From Bacilli bacterium (lineage in GTDB: Bacteria > Bacillota_I > Bacilli_A > ML615J-28 > CAG-698), in NCBI GenBank assembly GCA_050953065.1, contig JBMNLZ010000003.1, positions 384,001 through 448,000 of the forward strand: DNA of 64,000 nt, written 5' to 3'. The position numbers were made by a program, and so were the translations under genes. Positions within the stretch are counted from its first letter, which is position 1. Each line of letters starts with the position of its first letter. This document shows positions 37,920 through 48,102 of this stretch, one piece after another. The notes under the pieces were generated by a model, which made no database searches, was not told the origin of the DNA, and saw only the letters and a list, made by a program, of their open reading frames with translations.

Positions 37920-38720
37920 TTATCTTTTATACTCTACTACTTTCCCATCTTTAAAATAAAGGTAATCAGTAGTAATCATATCTACTCCCTTTTTAATAAA
38001 AGAGAGAGCCTTATTTTTCTTATTTAAAGTATAGGTATTCACAATCAACCCTTTAGCATGGAAACAATCAATTATTCTTTTGTTTAAATGTTTATAATCC
38101 ATATCCAATGAAATTCTTTTTTCAAAACATTCTTCTTTAAATTCTTTATATCTTTTTTTAGAAGAACATAAGAATTGTAGTCTTGCATCAGGATACTTAG
38201 ATCTTATCGCTTTTAACACTTCAAACATTGAAGTCATAAAATATGTTTTTTGATACATTTCCTTGCTTTTAACAAAATCAACTAATAACGAAACATTTGA
38301 CTGATCATTATTATTTAATCCAGTTGTCCACTTAATTTCAATGATAGCTTCTACATCATATTTTTTACACAAATCTAAGTATTCATCTAGGCCAGCTATT
38401 TTTCCATTAAATAGACAAGCTGGCCCAAGAGATGAACCTCTATTTTGTGTTACTATCATTTCTTTTAATTCTGAATAATTTTTTGATTCTGGAGTTGATC
38501 CGCTTTTTGGTTCTGTTAATACTCTTTCACCATATGTATCATTTAAATAAGGATTGTGAAAAATAATAAACTTTTTATCTTTTGTGACTCTAATGTCACA
38601 CTCTAAAGCTTTCGCTCCACGAGCAATCCCTTCTTCAAATGCTTCCATAGTATTGGCAACAAAAGCACCACCAGCACCTCGATGACCTACCCAAATAAAG
38701 TTATTCTTATTTTTTTTCAT
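37920..38720 (-). CDS. Glycerophosphodiester phosphodiesterase (GDPD), no signal peptide
   Basis: GHRGA, NTMEAF, ECDIRVTKD, IEIK, YTLN, GVDMITTD motifs. Confidence 0.9.
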   Translation of the reverse strand: MKKNKNNFIWVGHRGAGGAFVANTMEAFEEGIARGAKALECDIRVTKDKKFIIFHNPYLNDTYGERVLTEPKSGSTPESKNYSELKEMIVTQNRGSSLGPACLFNGKIAGLDEYLDLCKKYDVEAIIEIKWTTGLNNNDQSNVSLLVDFVKSKEMYQKTYFMTSMFEVLKAIRSKYPDARLQFLCSSKKRYKEFKEECFEKRISLDMDYKHLNKRIIDCFHAKGLIVNTYTLNKKNKALSFIKKGVDMITTDYLYFKDGKVVEYKR

Positions 38721-38729
38721 TCAAGTTTC

Positions 38730-41700
38730 TTATGCAACTACCGTAACACTTACTGTACCTACATTACCACCAGTCTTGTGTGTAACAGTAATTGTTACTG
38801 GACCACCAGTTGCTAATGTAGTAATATTTCCTGTATCAGAAATTGTTAAAATACCAGTGTTGCTAGAAACAATATTACATGCTAAACGGCTAACAGCTTT
38901 TTGATTAGTATCCCAGATAAAGACTTGATAATATCCTGCTGTACCACCTAAGGCTAGAGAAATTGTTTCTAATGATGGATTTGCATAACTACCACCACCA
39001 CCTGATTGAGGAACTTGAACCTTAACTGTTAAGGCTCCTGCTCCAGGAGTAATAGTTAACTCAATTGTAGCTTTTACACTAGGGTTTGCTACTAAAGTAG
39101 CTGTTATTATAATTGTACCTGCACTTACTCCTGTTACTAGACCAGTTTCATTAACTGTAGCAATCCATGCTTTTCCTTCTTCACCTGACCAAGTAACTTG
39201 ATGTCCACCCACTATTGATAACTGAGAAGTAGTACCAGCAGCAAACGAAGTATATTGTGCTGATATAGTGATTGATGATGGAGTACCACTACCGCCACCA
39301 TAAGACCCTACTGCAGTCCATTTTGCATAATACATTGCGGCTGGAGCAGTTCCTGCTGCAATAACTGATACCGGACTACCTGTTAAGCCTGAATTATCAT
39401 ACCATCCTTCAAAAACATAACCTTCTCTAAATGGTTCTTTTAAGACTGCAACTTGTCCATGTGGATAAGATGTAGTTTGATAAGTTGTAGCAGCGCTAAC
39501 TCTTGCTGAACCACTTTCATAATATCTTAAAGTTGGAGTTGGAATACAAGAACGGAAGCTATTAGCTAAAGTTGCATTAGCAAATGTAGAACTATTAACA
39601 TTTTGAGTTCCATAGAAATATCCATCTAAGATAAATCCAAATGCACTTCTACCATGGAAAACTCCTGCATTTTCAGTTGTAATTGGAGAATATCCACTAG
39701 ATGCAGCACCTTCTTTTGTACGATATAATTCGTGAACAGTTTCAAGTAAATTCTTATATTTTGATTGATATGGTTCAGTTCCGAAGAATCCACCCGTTAC
39801 ACTTGTAATCTTCTTAGTTGTAGCATCAGTTGCAATACTGTTCCAGAAGAATTGAGAATATCCATCAATTTTTGAATATGATACAACTGTTCCTGATACC
39901 CAATTATACCATGCTTGTGGGTCAACAGCATTTGCCTTAAAGGCATCCCAAGTTGTTTTGTGTAGATTTGAAGCAACTAATGATGAACTTAGTAAATTGT
40001 TATCTTTCAAATATTTATAGAAGTCTTGCATAAAGATTTCTGGTAAATTTGAAACTCCATCAATATAATATTCTCCAGCATAATCTCCTGATGGTACAGT
40101 AGTTACAGTACCTGATGACCAACTCCATGAACCACCATTTAATGTATAATTTAATGTATAGTTAGCTGGATTAACTGTAATTTGACATGTTGCTTTTAAG
40201 TTTGTATTAACAGCAGCTGTTGCTGTAATTACTGCTTCACCTTGAGCAACCGCTGTTACAAGTCCTGATGAAGAAACTGTTGCAACACTTGCATTACTTG
40301 TTGACCAAGTAACATTTGTATTACTTGAATAACTAACTGTTGCAGTTAATTGTAAAGTTGCATCTATTGCTAAAGTTCCAGATGTTGGTGCTACTGTAAT
40401 TGTTGGAGCTGGATTAACTGTAATTTGACATGTTGCTGTTAAGCTTGGATCTCCAACTGAAGTTGCTGTAATTGTTACACTACCTTGAGCAACACCTGTT
40501 ACAACACCTGTTGATGAGTTAACTGTTGCTTTGCTTGTATCACCTGATGAATAAGTTACAGAAGTATTACTTAAGTTTTGTACTGTTGCAGTTACTGTAA
40601 CTGTTTCATTTTGGTTAACTGTTGCTGTAGTTGGTGTCATTGTAATTGTTGGAGCTGGATTAACTGTAATTTGACATGTTGCTTTTAAGTCTGGATCCAC
40701 ATCAGCTGTAGCTGTGATTGTTACATTACCTTGAGCAACACCTGTTACAACACCTGTTGATGAGTTAACTGTTGCGATTGAAGTATCACTTGATGAATAA
40801 GCTACAACTGTATTGCTTGAATTATGTACTGTAGCTGTTACTTTTACAGTCTTACCTGCAACAATTGTCGCTGAAGTTGGATCAATTGTAATTGTTGGAT
40901 AAGGCACGACTGTAACTTCTACTGTTGCTGTAAAGTTTGGATCTCCATTTGCTGTTGCTGTAATTGTAGCAGTACCTTCAGCAACACCTGTTATCTTACC
41001 AGTTTGATCAACTGTTGCGTATGCTGCAGCACTTGTTGACCAAGTAACTGTAGTATCTGTTAGGTTTGTAACAGTTGCAGTAATTGTTTTTTCTTGAGTA
41101 ACTGAAATTGTAATTGCTGATTCAGAAAGTGTAATTGTTGGTCTTGCAGCAACTGTGATATCAACTGTTGCTACTAAACTAGCATTAACATCAGCTGTAG
41201 CAATAATAGTTGCAGTTCCTGCAGAAACACCTGTTACAACTCCTGTTTCTGCATTAACTGTTGCTACTAAAACGTTACTAGATGAATAACTTACACCTGT
41301 ATTACTTGAATTATGTACTGTACCAGTTACTGTAATTGTATCTCCAACATATAAAGTTTCAGCTGTAGCCGAAGCTTCAATTGAAGGTCCTGGTGTAACT
41401 GTGATTTCTTTATATCCTATTATTTGAGAATTTGATTTTGAAACAGCTGTAATCGTTACTGTACCTTCTGTAACACCTGTTACAACACCAGCACTTGTTA
41501 TAGTAGCCCTACTTGTTTTAAGTGACACCCATGATACCTCATTAGATGCTCCTTCAGGGCTAGCCACAGCTGTTAATTCTATTGTTGAACCGACTTGAAC
41601 TGTACTAGGTCCATTAATTGTAATTGATGTTACAGCAGGTGCAACATAGTTAACTGTTACTTCATAAGTATTTGAAATTGAACCATCTTCTTCTAAAGAA

Positions 41701-42734
41701 ACTGTAATTGTAGCAACCCCTGCTGCAAGACCTGTTACTTTACCCGTTTGATCAACTGATACGATTTCATCTTGTTCAGTTCCCCAAACTAAAGTTCCAG
41801 TTGCACCACTTGGTTGAATTTCTGCAGTAAGGTTAATACTCTTACCAGTATCTACACTAGTTGGACCTGAAATTGTAATCCCTGATGGATTAATTATTTC
41901 TGATACAACTTGAATTGTTTTTGTTTTTATTACACCTGGGTAATCTACTAAAGAAACTAAAATAATTGTTGAACCAACAGAAACACCTGTTACAACTCCT
42001 GTTTCTGCATCAACTGTTGCAATTGCATTATTACTACTACTAAATGCAGCTGCGAAATCTCCTGCAACATCTGCTGAATAAGTAAGTTGAATAGACTCAC
42101 CAATTGCTACTACATTTTCGCCATATACTTCAAGTGCAGTCGGTACAACTATACTTCCTTCTGGAACAACATTAACTGTTACTTCATCATCAGCACCACC
42201 AGCTGCTGCTTTAACTGTTGTTGTTCCTTCTTTTAAGGCTGTAAACTTCCCTGCAGCTGTGATAGTTCCTACAGCTTGATTGCTAGAAGTCCACTTTAAC
42301 GTGTCTGTATAAGCAACATTGCTTGTAACAGCGAAGTTATGTGTATCTCCTACTTCCAAAGTTATTTCTCTAGCCCCGTTTATCGTAAGCGTTAAAACAA
42401 CAGGCGCTGTTACTGAAACAACTAATGTACAAGCCTTTCCTTGAACATTATTCAACCTTGCAGTAATTGTTGTACTACCAACACCTACTGCCTTTAAATA
42501 ATAATCATCGCCTACTTGTTCGATAATTACTACTGCTTCATTCCCCGATGCATATGTTATGCTCGGTTTTTCAGCTAAATTAGTAATTGTTGGAAAAAGT
42601 TTTTCCGTTGCATCAACTTCTAATCTATAATTAGTTTTGTTGAAGGAAAAAGTTATTGGATTCGTATTTTGAAAACATCCAACCAATAAAAATAAGCCCA
42701 AAGCTAAAAGCAAAAATTTTCTCATTTTTCTCAT
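38730..42734 (-). CDS. Giant surface lipoprotein: about 12 Big_2 repeats plus a split InlB-B-repeat carrying an unknown domain
   Basis: Lipobox LVGC; Big_2 repeats; YTLNYTLNGG...EPFREGYVFEGWY...YYAKW. Confidence 0.82.
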   Translation of the reverse strand: MRKMRKFLLLALGLFLLVGCFQNTNPITFSFNKTNYRLEVDATEKLFPTITNLAEKPSITYASGNEAVVIIEQVGDDYYLKAVGVGSTTITARLNNVQGKACTLVVSVTAPVVLTLTINGAREITLEVGDTHNFAVTSNVAYTDTLKWTSSNQAVGTITAAGKFTALKEGTTTVKAAAGGADDEVTVNVVPEGSIVVPTALEVYGENVVAIGESIQLTYSADVAGDFAAAFSSSNNAIATVDAETGVVTGVSVGSTIILVSLVDYPGVIKTKTIQVVSEIINPSGITISGPTSVDTGKSINLTAEIQPSGATGTLVWGTEQDEIVSVDQTGKVTGLAAGVATITVSLEEDGSISNTYEVTVNYVAPAVTSITINGPSTVQVGSTIELTAVASPEGASNEVSWVSLKTSRATITSAGVVTGVTEGTVTITAVSKSNSQIIGYKEITVTPGPSIEASATAETLYVGDTITVTGTVHNSSNTGVSYSSSNVLVATVNAETGVVTGVSAGTATIIATADVNASLVATVDITVAARPTITLSESAITISVTQEKTITATVTNLTDTTVTWSTSAAAYATVDQTGKITGVAEGTATITATANGDPNFTATVEVTVVPYPTITIDPTSATIVAGKTVKVTATVHNSSNTVVAYSSSDTSIATVNSSTGVVTGVAQGNVTITATADVDPDLKATCQITVNPAPTITMTPTTATVNQNETVTVTATVQNLSNTSVTYSSGDTSKATVNSSTGVVTGVAQGSVTITATSVGDPSLTATCQITVNPAPTITVAPTSGTLAIDATLQLTATVSYSSNTNVTWSTSNASVATVSSSGLVTAVAQGEAVITATAAVNTNLKATCQITVNPANYTLNYTLNGGSWSWSSGTVTTVPSGDYAGEYYIDGVSNLPEIFMQDFYKYLKDNNLLSSSLVASNLHKTTWDAFKANAVDPQAWYNWVSGTVVSYSKIDGYSQFFWNSIATDATTKKITSVTGGFFGTEPYQSKYKNLLETVHELYRTKEGAASSGYSPITTENAGVFHGRSAFGFILDGYFYGTQNVNSSTFANATLANSFRSCIPTPTLRYYESGSARVSAATTYQTTSYPHGQVAVLKEPFREGYVFEGWYDNSGLTGSPVSVIAAGTAPAAMYYAKWTAVGSYGGGSGTPSSITISAQYTSFAAGTTSQLSIVGGHQVTWSGEEGKAWIATVNETGLVTGVSAGTIIITATLVANPSVKATIELTITPGAGALTVKVQVPQSGGGGSYANPSLETISLALGGTAGYYQVFIWDTNQKAVSRLACNIVSSNTGILTISDTGNITTLATGGPVTITVTHKTGGNVGTVSVTVVA
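40165..40780. repeat. Near-identical ~243-246-bp tandem DNA repeats encoding Big_2 units
   Basis: GCTGGATTAACTGTAATTTGACATGTTGCT at ~40165, ~40408 and ~40654; TACCTTGAGCAACACCTGTTACAACACCTGTTGATGAGTTAACTGTTGC at 40481 and 40727. Confidence 0.85.
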
Positions 42735-42915
42735 AATTATTCATCTCCTTTAAATAGATCTTACCCCCATTTTATATCCTTATTATAACATATTTTAGAA
42801 AAAGTAAAACCTTTTCATTAAAAAAAATAAAAATTTTTTAAATTATCTTAAGGTATCTTTAAACTTCAAATAATAATAATTAAAAAATGCCTCTTTTTTA
42901 AGAAGCATTAAGTTA

Positions 42916-43866
42916 TTATATTTCTTTAATAATCTCTATAATTTCAGAACTTTTTTTAGCATTTACTATTTTAAATTTTATTTCTTTAGCATTAACGAAA
43001 CCTTTTAAGTAAAATCCTGCAATACTTTTAAATTCCAAAACCGCAACCTTTTCTTGTTTTAAAGTGACTAAATCTATTAAATGTTTAAGCATTTTATTTT
43101 TAATTTCTTCCCTAGATGGATTTACTAAAGGAAGACCATCTAATGTATTAACAATATTTTCTATTAACCAAGGATTCCCTAAAATACCGCGGCCTATCAT
43201 TACCATATCACATCCGGTATATTTAAACATTTCTAAAGCATCCTCAACAGTTTTAATATCACCATTTCCAATGACAGGAATCTTAACACTTTCCTTAACC
43301 ATCTTTATGTAATCTAGATTTACCTTACCACGGTATAAATCACTCTTAGTTCTTCCGTGAATTGTAATAGCACTAGCTTTAGCTTTTTCAATTGCTTGAG
43401 CTATTTCAACACAGTTAATTGAATCATGATCCCAACCTGCTCTAATTTTTACACTAACAGGTAAACCGACACTATCAACTACTGCTTTTACCATTTGATA
43501 GACCTTATCTTTATCTAAAAGTAATGATGCTCCAGAATTAGATTTTAAAACCTTTTTAACAGGGCAGCCCATATTAAGATCAATCATATCTGCTTTTGTT
43601 TTTTCTTCGATTAAAATAGCAGCTTTTTTTAAATCTTCTATTTCTCCTCCAAAAAGTTGTAATGCTACAGGGCGTTCCTTTTCACTGATTGTAGTTAACT
43701 CCCAAGTCTTACTACTTTTATAAAGTAGCCCTTTAGCACTAATCATTTCAGTAAAGACTAGTCCTGCTTTATGTTCTTTCATCATTTCTCTAAATACCAA
43801 ATTACTATAGCCTGCAAGAGGCGCACTAGCAATAGGATTATTTATTAGAATATTTCCTATCTTCAT
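42916..43866 (-). CDS. dusB: tRNA-dihydrouridine synthase
   Basis: APLAG, TEMIS, DLNMGCP, VSVKIRAG, IHGRT, IGNGDI, MIGRG motifs. Confidence 0.95.
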   Translation of the reverse strand: MKIGNILINNPIASAPLAGYSNLVFREMMKEHKAGLVFTEMISAKGLLYKSSKTWELTTISEKERPVALQLFGGEIEDLKKAAILIEEKTKADMIDLNMGCPVKKVLKSNSGASLLLDKDKVYQMVKAVVDSVGLPVSVKIRAGWDHDSINCVEIAQAIEKAKASAITIHGRTKSDLYRGKVNLDYIKMVKESVKIPVIGNGDIKTVEDALEMFKYTGCDMVMIGRGILGNPWLIENIVNTLDGLPLVNPSREEIKNKMLKHLIDLVTLKQEKVAVLEFKSIAGFYLKGFVNAKEIKFKIVNAKKSSEIIEIIKEI

Positions 43867-44320
43867 CTGCTTTCTCTTTTCTTATTTTCTTAAAAAAACT
43901 TTGCATTAGATTTTTTATTTCTTCTTCATAAAGCCCACTAACAACTTCAACCTTATGATTAAACTCGCATTTGTTAACATCTATCACACTATTAATAGCA
44001 CCAAACTTTTCTTCTTTTAATCCATAAACTATTTTTTTCATTCTGGCTTGCATAATCACGCCACTACACATTAAGCAAGGTTCTACTGTAACATAAATTG
44101 TAGCATCATCTAATATCCAACGCTTTAATTTTTTACAGGCCTTTGAAATTGCTAAAACTTCTGCATGGTATAATACTTGTCTTTTTGTATGTCTTAAATT
44201 ATGAGCTTTTGAGATTACTTTATTGTTAACTACTACAATCGCTCCAATTGGTACTTCGCCCTTAAGAAAAGCCTTTTTAGCTTCTAAAAAGGCTAGTTTC
44301 ATATATTCTAAATCGCTCAT
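43838..44320 (-). CDS. tadA: tRNA adenosine deaminase
   Basis: GEVPIGA, HAE, EPCLMC; ATG at 44320 overlaps the tdk stop. Confidence 0.92.
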   Translation of the reverse strand: MSDLEYMKLAFLEAKKAFLKGEVPIGAIVVVNNKVISKAHNLRHTKRQVLYHAEVLAISKACKKLKRWILDDATIYVTVEPCLMCSGVIMQARMKKIVYGLKEEKFGAINSVIDVNKCEFNHKVEVVSGLYEEEIKNLMQSFFKKIRKEKADEDRKYSNK

Positions 44321-44889
44321 TTTACAACATGGCAATGACGACATCTTGCTTCGTAATGTTCTTTAGCACCAACCATAATAATAGGGTCTTCATATCTTGC
44401 TGGTTGTTGATCAATAATTCTTTGAGTTCTAGTAGCTAAAGTTCCACAAACCTGACAAATCGCACTAAGTTTTGTAACGTATTCTGCTCTTGCCATTAAC
44501 TCTGGCATCACTCCAAAGGGTTCTCCTCTAAAGTCTCTATCAAGCCCTGCAATGATTACTCTAACTCCTTTATTGGCTAGATTTTCTGCTACATCAACAA
44601 TTCCTTTATCTAAGAACTGTACTTCATCAATTGCAACTACTGAAACATCATTAGTAACGGCTTCTAAGATTTCGCTAGAGTTTCTAATTCCAATTGATTT
44701 AGCTCTCTCATTATTATGTGAAACAACTTCTTCGCTACTATAGCGACTATCTAATATAGGTTTAAATACTAAAATATTTTGTTTAGCATATTCAACCCTT
44801 CTAACCCTTCTTAATAACTCCTCAGTTTTCCCCGCAAACATGCACCCTGTAATTACTTCTATCCAACCCGGTTTTATTTGAGCTTCCAT
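44317..44889 (-). CDS. tdk: Thymidine kinase
   Basis: [29 protein letters not shown], Zn cysteines CQVC and CRHC. Confidence 0.97.
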   Translation of the reverse strand: MEAQIKPGWIEVITGCMFAGKTEELLRRVRRVEYAKQNILVFKPILDSRYSSEEVVSHNNERAKSIGIRNSSEILEAVTNDVSVVAIDEVQFLDKGIVDVAENLANKGVRVIIAGLDRDFRGEPFGVMPELMARAEYVTKLSAICQVCGTLATRTQRIIDQQPARYEDPIIMVGAKEHYEARCRHCHVVK

Positions 44890-44969
44890 TTGTATTCCTC
44901 CTTTTACATCCTACCTAAATTATACTACATTTCATTCATTTTAAAAAGCCATTTTTTATGTTTTTTAAG

Positions 44970-44998
44970 TTGACAAGGAAGTTTTCTTATTGTATAAT
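44970..44998 (+). promoter_or_regulatory. Consensus sigma-A promoter of rpmE
   Basis: TTGACA-17 nt-TATAAT. Confidence 0.85.
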
Positions 44999-45055
44999 CT
45001 ACTAGTATCTTACTATAGTTACTATTTAATAAACTATGGCGGAAGGAGTAAACAT

Positions 45056-45268
45056 ATGAAAAAAGGAATTCATCCAAACTACCAAAAAGTTAAAGTTGTT
45101 TGTACTACTTGTGGAAACACTTTTGAAACTGGTTCAGTTTTAAAAGAAATGAGGGTTGATACATGTTCAAATTGTCATCCATTCTATACAGGGCAACAAA
45201 AATTTGTTCAAGCTACTGGTCAAGTTGAAAAATTCAAAAAACGTTTAGCTAAAAAAGAAGAAAAATAG
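45056..45268 (+). CDS. rpmE: 50S ribosomal protein L31 (Zn-binding type)
   Basis: [24 protein letters not shown]; AGGAG RBS before ATG at 45056. Confidence 0.97.
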   Translation: MKKGIHPNYQKVKVVCTTCGNTFETGSVLKEMRVDTCSNCHPFYTGQQKFVQATGQVEKFKKRLAKKEEK

Positions 45269-45282
45269 TTTTCTTTAAAAAT

Positions 45283-45310
45283 AAAACCTACCAATGTAGG
45301 TTTTTATTTT
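45283..45310 (+). terminator. rpmE terminator
   Basis: AAAACCTAC-caat-GTAGGTTTT followed by T-tract. Confidence 0.8.
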
Positions 45311-45320
45311 TTATTAAATT

Positions 45321-45352
45321 AAAAAACTCATAACTTCTGTTATGAGTTTTTT
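45321..45352 (-). terminator. lemA terminator
   Basis: AAAAAACTCATAAC-ttct-GTTATGAGTTTTTT. Confidence 0.85.
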
Positions 45353-45359
45353 GTTTTAC

Positions 45360-45938
45360 TTAAAAACTTACCTTTACATTTTGTCTTTCTTCTTGCATTA
45401 CTTCAAAGAAAGCAGCTGATTTAAATCCAAACATTTTAGCGAAAATAACTCTTGGAAATACTTCTCTAAAATTGTTATATTTAAGAACAATATCATTATA
45501 GAATTGTCTTGAATAAGAAATTTTATCTTCTGTATCTTTTAAGTCTGCCATTAAAGTTTGGAAATTAGTATTAGCTTTTAATTCAGGATATGCTTCTCTT
45601 ACAGCAAGTAATCTAGTTAATGTTCCACTTAAAGCATTGTTTGCTTGAGCCATACCTTCAACATTATTTGCTTGAGCTGCTTGATTATACATATTTCTTG
45701 CTTTAGCAAATTCTTCAAAAATTCCACTTTCATGTTTAGCATAACCTTTAACAGTTTCTACTAAATTTGGAATCATATCAAATCTTCTTTTCAATTGAAC
45801 ATCAATTTGACTCCAAGCATTTCTAACCTTATTTCTCATTCTAACCAAACCATTATAAAGATTTATAATGACGAATAATAAAATAACTGCCACCACAGCA
45901 ATAATGATAATTGTTGTTGTACTACTTAATAAAATCAT
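45360..45938 (-). CDS. lemA: LemA family protein
   Basis: YNGLV, AWSQIDVQLKRRFDMIPNLV, YPELKA, SRQFYN motifs. Confidence 0.95.
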   Translation of the reverse strand: MILLSSTTTIIIIAVVAVILLFVIINLYNGLVRMRNKVRNAWSQIDVQLKRRFDMIPNLVETVKGYAKHESGIFEEFAKARNMYNQAAQANNVEGMAQANNALSGTLTRLLAVREAYPELKANTNFQTLMADLKDTEDKISYSRQFYNDIVLKYNNFREVFPRVIFAKMFGFKSAAFFEVMQEERQNVKVSF

Positions 45939-45962
45939 TCACTTTTCCTCCTTTTTTATTTT

Positions 45963-47945
45963 TTATCTTGAGCGGAAGCCTCCACCGCCTCCACCGAATG
46001 AACTACCACCAGAAAAACCACCACCGCCGCCAAAGCGACCTCCTCCACCGCCTCTTGAAGCATTATGAGCAGCAATCGTAGAAATTGAATTTGTTCTTGC
46101 AGTTGAAATACTTCTTGTAATATTATTTAAAGCCGTTCCCATTCTAAAGCCATGATATCCATATCCATAAGATAGGAATGTTGATGAAGATGATGCCGCA
46201 ATTTGATCAGGCGGTAACCTAACCTCTAATTGTTTCATAACTTGATCTGCAATCTTTAGACTTGTTGCATAAACTATATAATGTTCCCAAACAATTACTC
46301 CAGGCATCGGATAATCTTTCATATTGCTAAAGTCAAGCAAAAAGTTTTTATAGGCTTTCCACTTAACAAAATCTTCATTTCCTGTTACGCTTCTTCTTTT
46401 AATAGTTGTAATATAAACTTCTAATACTACAACTATAGCAATTGATGCAATCAAGAACACATTATTAAATTCTAGATTAACACTACTTGTTAAAAAGAAA
46501 TTAATTACAATCCAAAGAATTGGAATTCCTCCAAAAATTCTAGCACTTCCCTTTTGTCTTTCTATTTCTTCATCAAAGAAATTATGAGTCTTTCCTTCTT
46601 TCTTAGCAGCATTTTTAAAATCAGTTGCTAACTTTTTAAAGTTTGCTGCTTGAGAATAATTCTTTTTAGGATATGTTTCAATTTGTTTTAAAGAAACTTC
46701 ATTTCCATCTCCAATTTCATTGATAAACCATTTAAGAATTATTCTTTCATGTTCTCTTAAAACTTCTTCTTTATCTTTATTTAAAATTAATTTAAAATTA
46801 GGTTTTTTAGCTGTTAAGCCTTCTCCAGTAGTATCTAAAACTAAAACTTTTCTTCTAATTAAATCAAGAACTGTTGCTGTAACATCCTCATCATTTATTT
46901 GTTTAAAATAATATAAATAACTCATTTCAGCTGGGCTATATGTTGCAGGTAATTCTCTATAATATTCTCCATCAAAACTAGCCTTTAATTCTTTATCATA
47001 TTTATTATAAACATGATAGAATATATAAGCCATTAATAAAACCATCGCAACAAAAGAATATAAATGTATTAGACTAACCATTCTTAGTTTATCGGCTTCT
47101 TTTGCCATTTCTAGTTCTTCTGCTAAGATATTATCCTTTTTAGTAGCATTAACAATATTAGCCTCTTTTGCATTAGGGAATAACCCTACAGGAGTTAATA
47201 ATCTAAATTCTAAAAAGTCCGCACTTTTCATATCAAATGTCATAGACATTTTGTCATTTTCAGTTATTTTGTCAATTACTCCACTATATAGTCCATGACC
47301 AAATAAGTAGTAATCATCCACTGGGAATGCATTTGCTGGTAAAGTTATATTTACTTTTCCACCCTTTACACTGTTATCAAAATATTCTATTAATTTCCAG
47401 TTCAATTGAGCAACATCATTATAAACAGTAACAGCTCCAGTGATCGTATATGTAAACTTAAAAGTCATTTCTCTTTGCATACCTTCTTTTACATAAACAA
47501 AAACTGATTCACATTCTGAAGTTTCTGCTTTAATTTTCGGAGGACAAGTTATATAAATTCCTCGCTCATCTTTATCATCATTAAAAGAATATCCAACCCA
47601 ATAATCTCCGTTCGTACAAGAAACACTACTTGCAAGAGTTAATAATCTATTATCTTGATCGTATACTTTAACATCAACACTTTCTTCATCCAAAAAAGCT
47701 TTATCAGTTGAAATAGTACTAGAGCCTTTATCATAAATAATATCTCTATAGATTACATGATAACCATCAGGATACTTCATTGTTAGGGTTTCTTCAACCA
47801 CCATATCTCCAGCATCATTTAAAGTTATCTCAGCTAGATAACTTTTAACTTTGATTGTTGAAAAATAATCATATACATTTAAGCCGACTATTATGACAGC
47901 TATAAATATAACTATTATAAGGAACATTTGGTTTTTGCTTCTCAT
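45963..47945 (-). CDS. DUF2207 membrane protein
   Basis: QLNWK, YYRELP, ATVLDLIRR, WEHYIVYATSL, Gly-rich C-terminus; typical partner of lemA. Confidence 0.88.
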   Translation of the reverse strand: MRSKNQMFLIIVIFIAVIIVGLNVYDYFSTIKVKSYLAEITLNDAGDMVVEETLTMKYPDGYHVIYRDIIYDKGSSTISTDKAFLDEESVDVKVYDQDNRLLTLASSVSCTNGDYWVGYSFNDDKDERGIYITCPPKIKAETSECESVFVYVKEGMQREMTFKFTYTITGAVTVYNDVAQLNWKLIEYFDNSVKGGKVNITLPANAFPVDDYYLFGHGLYSGVIDKITENDKMSMTFDMKSADFLEFRLLTPVGLFPNAKEANIVNATKKDNILAEELEMAKEADKLRMVSLIHLYSFVAMVLLMAYIFYHVYNKYDKELKASFDGEYYRELPATYSPAEMSYLYYFKQINDEDVTATVLDLIRRKVLVLDTTGEGLTAKKPNFKLILNKDKEEVLREHERIILKWFINEIGDGNEVSLKQIETYPKKNYSQAANFKKLATDFKNAAKKEGKTHNFFDEEIERQKGSARIFGGIPILWIVINFFLTSSVNLEFNNVFLIASIAIVVVLEVYITTIKRRSVTGNEDFVKWKAYKNFLLDFSNMKDYPMPGVIVWEHYIVYATSLKIADQVMKQLEVRLPPDQIAASSSSTFLSYGYGYHGFRMGTALNNITRSISTARTNSISTIAAHNASRGGGGGRFGGGGGFSGGSSFGGGGGGFRSR

Positions 47946-48062
47946 TTTAATTCAACGCCCTCCAATATAAGATTATATCATATTTACTAAAACAAATAAA
48001 TAAAAACTTAATATTTTCACCTATTAATAATTATAACACTTATAATATTTATAGTAAATATT

Positions 48063-48095
48063 AAAAAAAGCCTTAAAGAAAAATCTTTAAGGCTT
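48063..48095 (-). terminator. Terminator of the amidase gene
   Basis: AAGCCTTAAAGA-aaaa-TCTTTAAGGCTT with A-tract on the plus strand. Confidence 0.85.
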
Positions 48096-48102
48096 AAATT
48101 TT

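Noticed and set aside
40165-40780. Regularly spaced repeats considered as a CRISPR array
   Set aside because: The period is ~245 bp, the repeats are in frame inside a Big_2 gene, and there are no cas genes.
45001-45050. Possible L31 leader hairpin (CTATAGTT...AACTATGG)
   Set aside because: Short AT-rich pairing only; cannot be supported without an Rfam search.
45868-46068. Pro-rich 66-aa plus-strand ORF
   Set aside because: Antisense of the Gly-rich C-terminus of the DUF2207 protein.
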